The notes beneath the pieces were generated by a model. That model searched no databases. It saw only the letters and a program-made list of their open reading frames with translations, and had not been told where the DNA came from. From an uncultured Candidatus Saccharibacteria bacterium (GTDB taxonomy: Bacteria > Patescibacteriota > Minisyncoccia > Phycocordibacterales > UBA9973): a stretch of 64,000 nt of DNA. Made by a program: the position numbers and the translations under genes. The DNA lies in contig CAZUZL010000003.1 of the NCBI GenBank assembly GCA_964625065.1, positions 1,730-65,729 of the forward strand, given 5' to 3'. Position 1 is the first letter of the stretch. Each line of letters opens with the position of its first letter. Of this stretch, positions 38,440 through 48,111 are shown in pieces.

Positions 38440-39480
38440 TTATTGTGTGTCTGACCAGGCTTTTAGTATTTGCGCGCGGGCATCGTCAGGCGTTTCGGCT
38501 ACAAATAACGCACCAGCTGAACCTTTGTGGCCACCGCCACCTAGTTTGTTCATAAACAGATTCATGTCATACGAAACGTCATGTTCACCACTGTCTGAAC
38601 GTGCACTAACTCGGAAATTGTTCGGTGTTGTTTCAAATGCAACACAAAGGTTTTTTGCATCGTACATTCTACCAGCCAGGAAACTTGTAATAAAATACGT
38701 GGTTGGTTTTTCTAATCCAACATTTAATATGTCGTTATAGTTTAAAATTATTAAACAAAGTCTGTTGTTATCTACGTATTCACGTTTTGTTAATCCAACT
38801 GAAATTAAATCTAATTCTTTTCTGCCATAGTTTTGCAAAGACGCAATAATACGCGGTTGTATATTAGTTGTCAGTGGGTAACACTGTGCCATTGCAGAAA
38901 CTGTTTTTTCTGTAACATCGTTTATACGTAGCCCAACAGTGTCGCTATACATACCCATGTACAAACATGTTGCAGTGTCACTAGTTAGCGGAAGCCCAAG
39001 TTTAGGTAATAAGTAAAATATTAATTCCGCACATGAAGAAACTTCTACATCAACTAAACGCAATGTTCCATAAGGTCTTTCAGTGTGGTGGTGGTCTATA
39101 ACTAGTATTGGCATGTCTGGTAGGGTAAAACCAGGTTCCTTACATATTTGTGTTGGTGTTGCACTGTCGACTGTTATATACAGGTCGTGTTTAGCAAGGT
39201 TTTCAGAAACTATGTTTTCTTGAACCACTGTTTCGTAGCCAGGGAATATATTTGTCCAGCGTGGTGGTGGCAAGTCGCCTTGGTATACAGTTACAGTTTT
39301 GCCTACAGCACGCAGTGCATGTGCCATACCTAGCGCAGAACCATAGCTGTCGCCATCAGGGCTGGGGTGGAAGTTTAAACATATTGTTTGGGCACTGTCT
39401 ATCATCTGTTTTGCATCTGCCACCATTTGGTCGGTAAAAGGCAAGTCTATATTTGTATTTTGCATCAAAATATTATACAT
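38440..39480 (-). CDS. DHH-family phosphoesterase (NrnA-like)
   Basis: DHH motifs HPSPDGDSYGS and LVIDHHHTERP, plus a DHHA1 C-terminus with GGGH. Confidence 0.8.
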   Translation of the reverse strand: MYNILMQNTNIDLPFTDQMVADAKQMIDSAQTICLNFHPSPDGDSYGSALGMAHALRAVGKTVTVYQGDLPPPRWTNIFPGYETVVQENIVSENLAKHDLYITVDSATPTQICKEPGFTLPDMPILVIDHHHTERPYGTLRLVDVEVSSCAELIFYLLPKLGLPLTSDTATCLYMGMYSDTVGLRINDVTEKTVSAMAQCYPLTTNIQPRIIASLQNYGRKELDLISVGLTKREYVDNNRLCLIILNYNDILNVGLEKPTTYFITSFLAGRMYDAKNLCVAFETTPNNFRVSARSDSGEHDVSYDMNLFMNKLGGGGHKGSAGALFVAETPDDARAQILKAWSDTQ

Positions 39481-39563
39481 CTATGTGTGTTTTATACCAA
39501 GTTTTTAATACATTAGCACTGACAGTGCTTTCATTTTAACCATAGTCGGTGTAATATAGGGGT

Positions 39564-40679
39564 ATGAACAACAAACAACCAATATCTATTTCAACAGGTA
39601 CTATTGTACGAACTATTTTCGTATTGATCGGTTTTTATATAGCCTGGTATACCAGGGGCGTGTTGTTGGTTATAGGCTTATCTATAATCATTGCTTCTTT
39701 TATGGAAGTAGTTGCAAATTCACTTAAACGCAGGTTTGGACTTTCCAGAACATTTGTTGTTATCGTTGCGTACCTTATTGGTTTAGTTGGTTTGGGTTTA
39801 ATTATGTATTTCGTAGTTCCACTACTAGCAGACCAAGTTTCGTCTTTGGCAGACCAGTTGGTAAAAGTTGTACCTAATAATGAATACGTTCAATCGTTTA
39901 AAGCAAACGGTTTGGCTGACAAAGCCACACTGTTGTTCCAAGGTTTGGGTAACAATGCATCTGTTACACAAGTTTTGTCAGGTGCAAAGGGTGTAGCGGG
40001 TAGTATTTCATCGGGTATACTTGGTTCTATTGGTAACGTTTTTTCTGCTGTTGTGCAGTTTGTGTTAGTTCTTGTTATTTCTTTTTTCCTTTCAATGCAA
40101 GAAAGAAGTATAGAAACATTTATACGCACCATCGCACCAGCTAGATACGAAGAATACGTAATAGGTCTATGGGAAAGAACTGAGAAAAAGATAGCACGTT
40201 GGATGCAGGGCCAGCTAATGTTAGGTGTATTTGTTGGTGTAACAGCTTTTATTATACTTAGTTTGTTCCATGTTAAATACGCTTTGGTGTTAGCTATACT
40301 GTCAGGTATATTAGAACTTATTCCGTACGGTATTACATTTGCTGTTATACCTGCGGCAGCAGTTGCGTTGTTTAACAACGGCGCATCTACTGCGCTGGGT
40401 GTATTAGTTTCTTTTGTTGCTATACAACAGTTTGAAAACTATGTATTAGTTCCAGTTTTGTTTAAGAAAATGATAGGTGTACCACCATTAGTTGTTATAC
40501 TGGCATTGCTTATGGGTGGGGCACTGGGCGGGTTTATAGGGCTTATATTGGCTATGCCTGTTGCTGTCTTGGTGTTAGAAATGCTAGACGATGTTTACGA
40601 ACAGAAAATAACCGACCAGAAAAAACTATCAGAACAGCGCGTTATAGAACCTATAGCAGGGGCGAACGAACACGATTAA
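39564..40679 (+). CDS. AI-2E family (UPF0118/PerM-like) transporter
   Basis: Eight TM helices with a typical AI-2E core. Confidence 0.75.
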   Translation: MNNKQPISISTGTIVRTIFVLIGFYIAWYTRGVLLVIGLSIIIASFMEVVANSLKRRFGLSRTFVVIVAYLIGLVGLGLIMYFVVPLLADQVSSLADQLVKVVPNNEYVQSFKANGLADKATLLFQGLGNNASVTQVLSGAKGVAGSISSGILGSIGNVFSAVVQFVLVLVISFFLSMQERSIETFIRTIAPARYEEYVIGLWERTEKKIARWMQGQLMLGVFVGVTAFIILSLFHVKYALVLAILSGILELIPYGITFAVIPAAAVALFNNGASTALGVLVSFVAIQQFENYVLVPVLFKKMIGVPPLVVILALLMGGALGGFIGLILAMPVAVLVLEMLDDVYEQKITDQKKLSEQRVIEPIAGANEHD

Positions 40680-40683
40680 ATTT

Positions 40684-42135
40684 ATGCAAAAAAACTTTTA
40701 TATTACAACAACATTACCATACGTTAATGCGCCGTTACACATGGGGCACGCTTTGGAATTTGTTCGGGCAGATGCAATAGCAAGATATAAAAAAATACTT
40801 GGGTATGATGTATTTTTCAACACCGGTACAGACGAACATGGTTTAAAGATTTATGAAAAAGCTACAGAAATGGGTATAACACCGCAGGAATTTGTGGACA
40901 AAGGTTTTGCAATATTCAAAGAACAACTAGAAATGTTTGGTGTTTCTAATGATATACATTTTATACGCACTACAGACAAACACCACGAATCGGCTGCCCA
41001 GGAACTATGGCGCCGTGTACAGAACAACGGTTACATATACAAGAAAAACTACGAAGCTAAATACTGTGTAGGTTGCGAAATTGAAAAAACAGATTCAGAA
41101 CTGGACGCTAATGGCGAATGTAAAGACCACCCAGGTAGACCACTACAAATAATACAAGAAGAAAATTACTTTTTTAAGTATTCAGAATTTGGACAAAAAT
41201 TATTAGATTTTTATACTAAAAACCCAAACTTTGTTATACCAGAATTTCGTTTCAACGAAATGAAGTCTTTTGTTGTTGGTGGGTTGCAGGACTTTTCTAT
41301 ATCACGCATGAAGTCGAAAATGCCTTGGGGTGTACCAGTACCAGGGGACGAAGACCAGGTTATGTATGTTTGGTTCGATGCATTAACTAACTATATTTCA
41401 ACACTAGGTTGGCCTGACGAAGGTGGCAACTTTGAAAAATACTGGGTTAATGGAACACCCACACAGTACTGTGGTAAAGACAATACACGTTTTCAGTCTG
41501 CAATGTGGCAGGCAATGCTAATGGCTGCAGATTTACCATGTTCACATCAGATAGTGGTGAACGGTTTTATTACTGCCGAAGGTGGTGTGCGCATGTCTAA
41601 AACACTGGGTAATGGCATAGACCCACGCGATGTTGTTGCCGAATACGGCACAGATGCGTTGCGATGTTTTTTGTTGTCAGAAGCTTCATCTTTTGAAGAT
41701 TCACCATTTACTATTAGTCGTTTCAAAGATTTCTATAATGCTAAACTTGCTAACGGTATAGGTAACCTAACAAACCGCATAATGAAAATGGCGGAAACAA
41801 ACTTAGAAACATTTCCACAAATTCCACCAATGCAACTTACTGCTGACTGGGCACCAGTGCTAACAGCTATGGAAAGTTTTAATATTCAAGAAGCAATGCA
41901 AATTGTTTTTGCGCACGTAACTGAACTAGACGAACTTATACAGAATAAAGAACCTTTTAAATTAGTTAAAACTAACAAAGAAGAAGCCATAGAAATAATA
42001 AACGAACTAGTTATAAAGCTACATAACATTGGTACTATGTTGGCACCAGTGCTACCTACAACAAGTAAAAAAATACTAGAAACAATTGCATCAGGTAAAA
42101 TGCCCATAGAACCTTTGTTTTTGAGAAAGGATTAA
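40684..42135 (+). CDS. metG: Methionine--tRNA ligase
   Basis: HIGH-type LPYVNAPLHMGHA and KMSKS-type VRMSKTLGN. Confidence 0.9.
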   Translation: MQKNFYITTTLPYVNAPLHMGHALEFVRADAIARYKKILGYDVFFNTGTDEHGLKIYEKATEMGITPQEFVDKGFAIFKEQLEMFGVSNDIHFIRTTDKHHESAAQELWRRVQNNGYIYKKNYEAKYCVGCEIEKTDSELDANGECKDHPGRPLQIIQEENYFFKYSEFGQKLLDFYTKNPNFVIPEFRFNEMKSFVVGGLQDFSISRMKSKMPWGVPVPGDEDQVMYVWFDALTNYISTLGWPDEGGNFEKYWVNGTPTQYCGKDNTRFQSAMWQAMLMAADLPCSHQIVVNGFITAEGGVRMSKTLGNGIDPRDVVAEYGTDALRCFLLSEASSFEDSPFTISRFKDFYNAKLANGIGNLTNRIMKMAETNLETFPQIPPMQLTADWAPVLTAMESFNIQEAMQIVFAHVTELDELIQNKEPFKLVKTNKEEAIEIINELVIKLHNIGTMLAPVLPTTSKKILETIASGKMPIEPLFLRKD

Positions 42136-42151
42136 TTTTAGAGAGGGGCCG

Positions 42152-42754
42152 GTGGGAAAGGTTGAATTAGACTACAGTATCTTGACATCCAACTACAAAG
42201 CAAGTACTATAAACAAAAATTATAGTATCATGGAAAAATTTGAATATCAAAAAAGGCTAGACAAACTGGCTAATTTTATTGGTCCGGAAGGAAAAACCGC
42301 ATTATCTGCTTTATGTAGTTTAGTGCTTTTGAAAGATCAAACTAAAAGCAAAGAATATGACAACAAAATATCTAACCTTCGAGTACAGTTGATAAATTCA
42401 GTTGTCAAAAAACTTTACGACAAATTGCATGTATGTAAATCCAAGGAAATACTTCATGCGTTAACTACTGGTGACGGAAACCACCTAGGGCCATTGCTTT
42501 TTAGCATGGTAGATGGAATACTGTATGTGTTTGTTGTCGAAAAAGACAAAATCGTTGTTACTACCGGTATTAATAATTCATGTAGTGTTTATATGAAAGA
42601 TTTCGCAAATTGTGGTATAGAAAATATCGAACAATTATCTAATGTTTGTTCGGAAATTAATATTCTGTGGAAAGGATTTGCAAAAATCGATTGCCATAAA
42701 AATAAAAAAGATGACATTGTAAATTTTCATTTTAACACAGAAGATTTATTGTAG
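42152..42754 (+). CDS. Hypothetical protein (AT-rich)
   Basis: ORF with a downstream terminator; no motif recognised. Confidence 0.4.
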   Translation: MGKVELDYSILTSNYKASTINKNYSIMEKFEYQKRLDKLANFIGPEGKTALSALCSLVLLKDQTKSKEYDNKISNLRVQLINSVVKKLYDKLHVCKSKEILHALTTGDGNHLGPLLFSMVDGILYVFVVEKDKIVVTTGINNSCSVYMKDFANCGIENIEQLSNVCSEINILWKGFAKIDCHKNKKDDIVNFHFNTEDLL

Positions 42755-42778
42755 TTTTAAATCAAATATTTTTATTTT

Positions 42779-42806
42779 AGAGCACCTTGCCCCCAAGGTG
42801 CTTTTT
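42779..42806 (+). terminator. Rho-independent terminator
   Basis: AGAGCACCTTG-CCCC-CAAGGTGCTTTTTTT. Confidence 0.75.
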
Positions 42807-42831
42807 TTATTGTTTACTATATAATACCCCT

Positions 42832-43644
42832 ATGGAATTCAACTACATCGACGTGCATTCGCACCTTAACCTAGGCCAGTTTGATACTGACCGGGCACAA
42901 GTAATAGAACAAATGAACCAACAGGGTATAGCAACTATAACAGTAGGTGTAGACTTTGAAAGTTCAAAACTTGCTATAGAACTAGCAGAAAAATATGAAA
43001 ATTTATATGCATGTGTCGGCCTACACCCAGCAGACAATGTAAACGAAATATTTAATAAAGAAGAATACAAAAAACTCGCAGAACATAAAAAAGTTGTTGC
43101 AATAGGGGAAACTGGTTTAGATTATTTTAGACTAGATGGTACTGAAGACGAGATAAAAAATACAAAGCAGAAACAAAAAGAAATTTTTATAAAACACATT
43201 GAACTTGCAATAGATGTAGAAAAACCTTTAATGATACATGCCCGCCCGTCAAAGGGTAGTATGGACGCTTATAACGATGTTTTAGATATTTTAGAACCCT
43301 ATAAGCAAACACCAAAAAGCAAACATCTTGTTGTAAACTTTCATTTTTTTGTAGGCGACATTACTGTGGCTAAACGCATTGTGTACGCGGGGTACACTGC
43401 GTCTTTTGATGGGCCTATAACTTTTACAGATGAATACAATGAAGTTATAAAATACTTGCCACTAGAAAACATAATGGCCGAAACTGACGCGCCTTTTGCT
43501 GCACCTGTGCCATACCGTGGCAAACGTTGCCAACCAGACTATGTGGTGGAAATATATAAAAAAATAGCTGAAATAAAGGATCTAGACCCAGAAATGGTAC
43601 GCCTGCAATTAAACCAAAACGCTATTAGAGTTTTCGGGGTCTAG
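42832..43644 (+). CDS. tatD: TatD-family metal-dependent hydrolase (DNase)
   Basis: IDVHSHL, GLHP, GETGLDY, and a MIHARPS-type motif. Confidence 0.8.
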   Translation: MEFNYIDVHSHLNLGQFDTDRAQVIEQMNQQGIATITVGVDFESSKLAIELAEKYENLYACVGLHPADNVNEIFNKEEYKKLAEHKKVVAIGETGLDYFRLDGTEDEIKNTKQKQKEIFIKHIELAIDVEKPLMIHARPSKGSMDAYNDVLDILEPYKQTPKSKHLVVNFHFFVGDITVAKRIVYAGYTASFDGPITFTDEYNEVIKYLPLENIMAETDAPFAAPVPYRGKRCQPDYVVEIYKKIAEIKDLDPEMVRLQLNQNAIRVFGV

Positions 43645-43656
43645 TTAGTTATTCGT

Positions 43657-43721
43657 ACCTCACCCCAAGTGCTTTGCACTTCACCCCTCTCCTACGTAGG
43701 AGAGGGGGCCGGGGGTGAGGT
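43657..43721 (+). repeat. Compound GC-rich structured element or terminator
   Basis: A 9-bp outer stem (CCTCACCCC / GGGGTGAGG) encloses two hairpins (AAGTGC-TTT-GCACTT and CCCCTCTCC-TACGTA-GGAGAGGGG). Confidence 0.55.
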
Positions 43722-43864
43722 ATAAGGGGCACTGTCTTTGACTAATTGCCTAATATTTGCTATAGTAGCCGGCATAGTCCTATTTGAGCAGTTGCCTGGC
43801 ATATGCTTGGCGCATAACTGTTTACAAAGTCCGAAGTAGGAACTTTTAATAAATAATAAAAAAT

Positions 43865-44389
43865 ATGGAAGATACAAAAACCCAGGTATACGAGTTTTCA
43901 TACCTTTTGATGCCAACAATTCCGGAAGGAGATGTGTCAAAAAAAGTAACTGCTTTAAAAGCGTTAATGGAAAAGTCAGGTAGTACATTTATTTCAGAAG
44001 AATACCCAGAATTTATAAGTTTGGCGTATACAATGATAAAGGTTATAAACAACAAACACGAACGTGTAAACAATGCATATTTTGGTTGGTTCAAAATGGA
44101 AGCACCTGCAACCGTTTTAGAAGCAGTTAAAATGACATTAGACCGCGACGACGACCTAGTTCGTTACTTGTTAATAAAGACAGTAAAAGAAAGTACATTA
44201 GCACCTAAAAAAGTTGCACCAAAACGTGAATCACGTAAACATGCTCCTACAGACGGCAGTGCCGCTGGTGCAGACCCTATTGTTATCGGAGACGAATCAG
44301 TTGTAGAAGAAATTGCAACTATCTCTGATGAAGCTATAATAGAAGATGTAGCAACAGAAAATACTGACACTATTGAAACAACAAGTTAA
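43865..44389 (+). CDS. rpsF: 30S ribosomal protein S6 with an acidic C-terminal tail
   Basis: YEFSYLLMP...; S6 fold pattern; in the rpsF-ssb-rpsR cluster. Confidence 0.8.
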   Translation: MEDTKTQVYEFSYLLMPTIPEGDVSKKVTALKALMEKSGSTFISEEYPEFISLAYTMIKVINNKHERVNNAYFGWFKMEAPATVLEAVKMTLDRDDDLVRYLLIKTVKESTLAPKKVAPKRESRKHAPTDGSAAGADPIVIGDESVVEEIATISDEAIIEDVATENTDTIETTS

Positions 44390-44411
44390 TTAATTAAAAA
44401 ACGAATTCTCT

Positions 44412-44870
44412 ATGTATATCAATAAAGCAACAATTATGGGCAACCTGACTCGCGACCCTGAAATGAAGGCCCTACCATCAGGAATGAAGGTAACATCATT
44501 TTCACTAGCAACAAACCGTACCTGGAAAGACACTAATGGTGCCAAGAAAGAAGCTGTAGAATACCACAACCTAGTAGCGTTTGGTAAACAAGCAGAACTT
44601 ATTGCCCAGTATTGTAAAAAAGGTGGTTCGTTATATGTTGAAGGTCGCATTCAAACCCGTTCATGGGACGATGCCGCTGGTGTTAAAAAATACCGCACCG
44701 AAATAATTGCCGATACATTCCAATTTGGTCCAAAAGTAGACGGTAGTGCAGTACGCCCGGCGTCTGCACCTGCTACTGAATCTACCCCTGCAAAGGCGTC
44801 TCAATCAGACGACATGGATGCAATCGAATACCCAGAAGAAGATATCAACGTAGAAGACATTCCGTTCTAA
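44412..44870 (+). CDS. ssb: Single-stranded DNA-binding protein
   Basis: OB fold GNLTRDPE...YHNLVAFGK, and an acidic C-terminus ending DIPF. Confidence 0.85.
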   Translation: MYINKATIMGNLTRDPEMKALPSGMKVTSFSLATNRTWKDTNGAKKEAVEYHNLVAFGKQAELIAQYCKKGGSLYVEGRIQTRSWDDAAGVKKYRTEIIADTFQFGPKVDGSAVRPASAPATESTPAKASQSDDMDAIEYPEEDINVEDIPF

Positions 44871-44889
44871 TAACTACTATTAAAAATAT

Positions 44890-45090
44890 ATGAAACAAGA
44901 CTTTTTTACCTCAAATAACATAAAGTTTATCGACTATAAAGATACCGATATTCTTAAGAAATTCCTTGCGCCAAACGCCCGTATGATCGGTCGCCGTCGC
45001 TCAGGTCTTTCAGCCTCTAACCAACGCAAACTTACTACAGCAGTAAAACGCGCTCGTTTTATGGGCTTGCTACCGTTCGTAGCTAAATAG
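44890..45090 (+). CDS. rpsR: 30S ribosomal protein S18
   Basis: IDYKDTDILKKFL...RRSGLSASNQRKLTTAVKRARFMGLLPF. Confidence 0.85.
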   Translation: MKQDFFTSNNIKFIDYKDTDILKKFLAPNARMIGRRRSGLSASNQRKLTTAVKRARFMGLLPFVAK

Positions 45091-45134
45091 AAACCCCTCC
45101 GTCTTTCAGACACCTCCCCTTATCAAGGGAGGAA
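45091..45134. repeat. GC-rich palindromic mini-element, family A copy 2
   Basis: AAACCCCTCCGTCTTTCAGACACCTCCCCTTATCAAGGGAGGAAAA lies directly after the rpsR stop. Compare the copy at 657-702. Confidence 0.6.
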
Positions 45135-45138
45135 AAAA

Positions 45139-45172
45139 CAAAAACACCACTAAATATTTAGTGGTGTTTTTG
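45139..45172 (+). terminator. Rho-independent terminator after rpsR
   Basis: AAAAACACCAC-TAAATATTTA-GTGGTGTTTTTGTTTT. Confidence 0.75.
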
Positions 45173-45236
45173 TTTTGTTGTTGTTCCCTCGCCCTGCTAA
45201 GGGGAGGGTTAGGGAGAGGTGCGCGAGTTTTCGCGT

Positions 45237-45284
45237 GGCTAATAAAAAAGACCCATTAGTGGGTCTTTTTTATTAGCCACGCTC
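45237..45284. terminator. Perfect palindrome with a 20-bp stem at the efp 3' end (bidirectional hairpin)
   Basis: GTGGCTAATAAAAAAGACCC-ATTAGT-GGGTCTTTTTTATTAGCCAC. Confidence 0.6.
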
Positions 45285-45854
45285 GACATATTCCCCAGTT
45301 TCTGTGTTTACGACAATCTTGTCGCCGGCTTCTAGAAACATCGGTACGTTTATGTTTGCGCCACCTTCTAGTGTTGCAACTTTGTTACCTCCAGTTGCAG
45401 TACTGCCTTTTATAGCTGGTGGGGCTTCTTTGATAACGAAAGTCATTTTAATAGGTAATGAAACACCAATTATTATTTCGTTTTCGTCTTCATCTTCGTA
45501 TGTAACTAGGTCTACTGTCATGTTTGGTGCTAGAAACTTGGCAGGGGTACCAATTTTTTCTTTTGGTATAGGAAAGCGTTTAGCTGGGTCGTTTTCTTCA
45601 CAGAAGGTAAGTTCACCTTTGTTTTCAAAAAGGAATTTAACTTTACGTTTACCAAGTTCAGCTTCGTCTACCTTGTCAGACACATGGAAAGACACTTCAG
45701 CTACACGGCCAGTAAGTAGGTTTTTAATCTTTGTCGCGTTAACAGGTTTACGTTGTTGTTTGCGGAAAACCCATGAACTTAAAACTTCATAAGGTTCGCC
45801 TTCGTATATTATTACTTTGCGTTCTTTTATTTCACTGTATGCTAACATTGCCAT
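45273..45854 (-). CDS. efp: Elongation factor P
   Basis: KVIIYEGEPYEVL, ...GDKIVVNTETGEYVERG. Confidence 0.9.
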   Translation of the reverse strand: MAMLAYSEIKERKVIIYEGEPYEVLSSWVFRKQQRKPVNATKIKNLLTGRVAEVSFHVSDKVDEAELGKRKVKFLFENKGELTFCEENDPAKRFPIPKEKIGTPAKFLAPNMTVDLVTYEDEDENEIIIGVSLPIKMTFVIKEAPPAIKGSTATGGNKVATLEGGANINVPMFLEAGDKIVVNTETGEYVERG

Positions 45855-46234
45855 AGGTGCCTAGTATACCCCCTAACGGGTTTTTTTTCAAGGTGGGGGA
45901 TAAACCATGGACTACAAAATACTGGTGTGGTATATTACATAGCAAGAGTACAAAAGCTCAAATCCTAATAGTATGAAGACATTATTTCACCTTGGGCTAT
46001 TCTTAGTCCTCTCAGTGTTTGCTCTGGATACTTTTTTGAAAGAGAAAAAAGAAAGATTAATCTATTTCATAAAAGGCAGACCTCAAAACGCCACGGCGTT
46101 AGCTGGTGCAATAGTTTGCACAACCCCTAAATTCATAAAGGTTCTAAATCTGTTTATATAAAACATTAGAACCTAACCCATACCCTGACAGACATTAGTT
46201 CTGGCAGGGTATTGATTTTTATGATTCAGATAAT

Positions 46235-46270
46235 TTAATAATAAAAAAAGCGGTGTATAATATACACCGC
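46235..46270. terminator. Bidirectional terminator
   Basis: AAAAAAGCGGTGTATA-AT-ATACACCGCTTTTTTT. Confidence 0.75.
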
Positions 46271-46282
46271 TTTTTTTATTTG

Positions 46283-46528
46283 TTATTCAGGGTTTTCCAG
46301 TAGGTAACGGGGTATAAAGTTTTCGTCTTCAATATCGTTTTCTCTATAAATAGTAGCTCCTTTTTCCTGTTCCTTTTTACTACCAAAAAGTTCACGGTAG
46401 GGGTCAGTACTATCTGGGTCTACAATATTGTCTAGGTTGTCTTTATAAACATGTGAGTTTCCGTTATATGCTGTTCGCGCGGGTAAGTCTTCATTGTTAC
46501 CGTGGTATCCGTTTTCAAAATTGTTCAT
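46283..46528 (-). CDS. Small hydrophilic hypothetical protein downstream of recA
   Basis: ORF between recA and a strong terminator; acidic, low complexity. Confidence 0.35.
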   Translation of the reverse strand: MNNFENGYHGNNEDLPARTAYNGNSHVYKDNLDNIVDPDSTDPYRELFGSKKEQEKGATIYRENDIEDENFIPRYLLENPE

Positions 46529-46562
46529 ATCGTTTACAGTTTTATTTTGTATAAAATATCGA

Positions 46563-47681
46563 CTATTCGCTACCAGTTTCCATTACTACTTCTTTCATAC
46601 GTTTACGTATTACTTTTAGTATTTCATCGCGAAGTTTTGGATTTTCTTTCATAAATGTACGTGTTGCGTCATATCCACGGCCTAGTTTTATGCCTTCACT
46701 TGTGCCATCTTCGTCAGTAGAAGGGGTTTCTTCAGTACCTTTTTTACCTGCCTTCTTTTCTTTTACTTCTGGCATGTAACTGTATGATGTGCCGGATTTA
46801 ACTATAACACCAAGTTTTTCACCTAAGGCAATAAGTTCGCCCTCTAGACTGATACCTTCGCCATATATAATATCAAATTCTGTTTGTTTAAATGGGGCAG
46901 CGACTTTGTTTTTAACCACCTTTACACGTGTACGACTACCTACTACTTCTTCACCTTTTTTAATCTGGGCAATACGGCGTATGTCTAAACGTACTGATGT
47001 GTAAAACTTCAAGGCTTTTCCACCTGGGGTAGTTTCAGGGTTACCAAACATAACACCTATTTGCATACGAATCTGGTTTATAAATATAACAACTGTTTTA
47101 GAACGTGCAACAATACTAGTTAGTTTACGTAATGCCTGGGACATTAAACGGGCTTGTTTACCCATGTGTTGTTGGCCCATGTCGCCCTCGATTTCGTCCT
47201 TAGGTGTTAGTGCTGCCACAGAGTCTACTACTACAACGTCTATTTTACCCGAACGTACCAAGCTCTCGGTAATTTCCAAACCTTGTTCACCAGTATCAGG
47301 TTGTGATATTAGTAATTCGTTTATTTTAACTCCAAGTTTGCCTGCATAGTCAGGGTCCATGGCATGTTCAGCATCTATATATGCACACACACCGCCCATT
47401 TTCTGTGCTTCAGCTACTATGTGTAGGGCTAGGGTAGTCTTACCTGAGGATTCTGGTCCGAATATTTCTATAATACGTCCGCGGGGCATACCACCAACAC
47501 CTAGCGCAATGTCTAATCCGATGGAACCTGTTGGTATAACATTAATGTCTACCTTGGGTGAATCGCCAAGTTTCATAATGGCGCCTTCGCCAAACTTGGT
47601 CTGTATTGCTTTTATTGTGTCTTCGATGTTTACACTACCTAGTTCACTTTTTGGTACTTTAACTTTTTTTGTGATAGCCAT
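46563..47681 (-). CDS. recA: Recombinase RecA
   Basis: [20 protein letters not shown], plus L1/L2 loop regions. Confidence 0.95.
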   Translation of the reverse strand: MAITKKVKVPKSELGSVNIEDTIKAIQTKFGEGAIMKLGDSPKVDINVIPTGSIGLDIALGVGGMPRGRIIEIFGPESSGKTTLALHIVAEAQKMGGVCAYIDAEHAMDPDYAGKLGVKINELLISQPDTGEQGLEITESLVRSGKIDVVVVDSVAALTPKDEIEGDMGQQHMGKQARLMSQALRKLTSIVARSKTVVIFINQIRMQIGVMFGNPETTPGGKALKFYTSVRLDIRRIAQIKKGEEVVGSRTRVKVVKNKVAAPFKQTEFDIIYGEGISLEGELIALGEKLGVIVKSGTSYSYMPEVKEKKAGKKGTEETPSTDEDGTSEGIKLGRGYDATRTFMKENPKLRDEILKVIRKRMKEVVMETGSE

Positions 47682-47690
47682 AATGTTGTT

Positions 47691-48110
47691 TTAGTCTAAA
47701 ATAGTAAATGTTTTTTCTTTCCCTGCAAATCCGACAGAACTTTTAACCGCATCCTTTACTACTATATGATACACCAGCTCGGAACTTTTACCAAAAGCAT
47801 CTTCAGCTGAAACCGTAACTATATTGTAGCCGTCTGGTAGTAGTATCGGTTCGCTGAAGTTTCCTTGTTTGTCTATGCTAATAGGGCTGTTGTTTATCTC
47901 TAATGTGTGTGCCCGTGGGGCAGTGCCTGACAGTGTTAGGGTAGGTGTTGTTACTGTGTCTCCAGTGTGTATGTTGTTTACGGACAGTTCTACACCACGC
48001 ATGTATGGGTAGAAACGGTATACACCATAACTGACGACAGTAAATGCAAACACCCAAAGGGTTGCATTGCGTAACATTGTCTTGTAGTTTCGTTGCATAT
48101 AGGTAGTCAT
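47691..48110 (-). CDS. Hypothetical membrane-anchored protein with a beta-rich extracytoplasmic domain
   Basis: The ATG lies 1 nt after the ftsK stop, and one TM helix follows. The longer track ORF overlaps ftsK. Confidence 0.45.
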   Translation of the reverse strand: MTTYMQRNYKTMLRNATLWVFAFTVVSYGVYRFYPYMRGVELSVNNIHTGDTVTTPTLTLSGTAPRAHTLEINNSPISIDKQGNFSEPILLPDGYNIVTVSAEDAFGKSSELVYHIVVKDAVKSSVGFAGKEKTFTILD

Positions 48111-48111
48111 A

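Noticed and set aside
38346-38740. Two + strand ORFs (69 and 113 aa) downstream of glyQS
   Set aside because: They are antisense to the DHH phosphoesterase gene (strong DHH motifs on the minus strand) and overlap the terminator hairpin.
45304-45792. 162-aa + strand ORF
   Set aside because: Entirely antisense to efp, which has unmistakable EF-P motifs.
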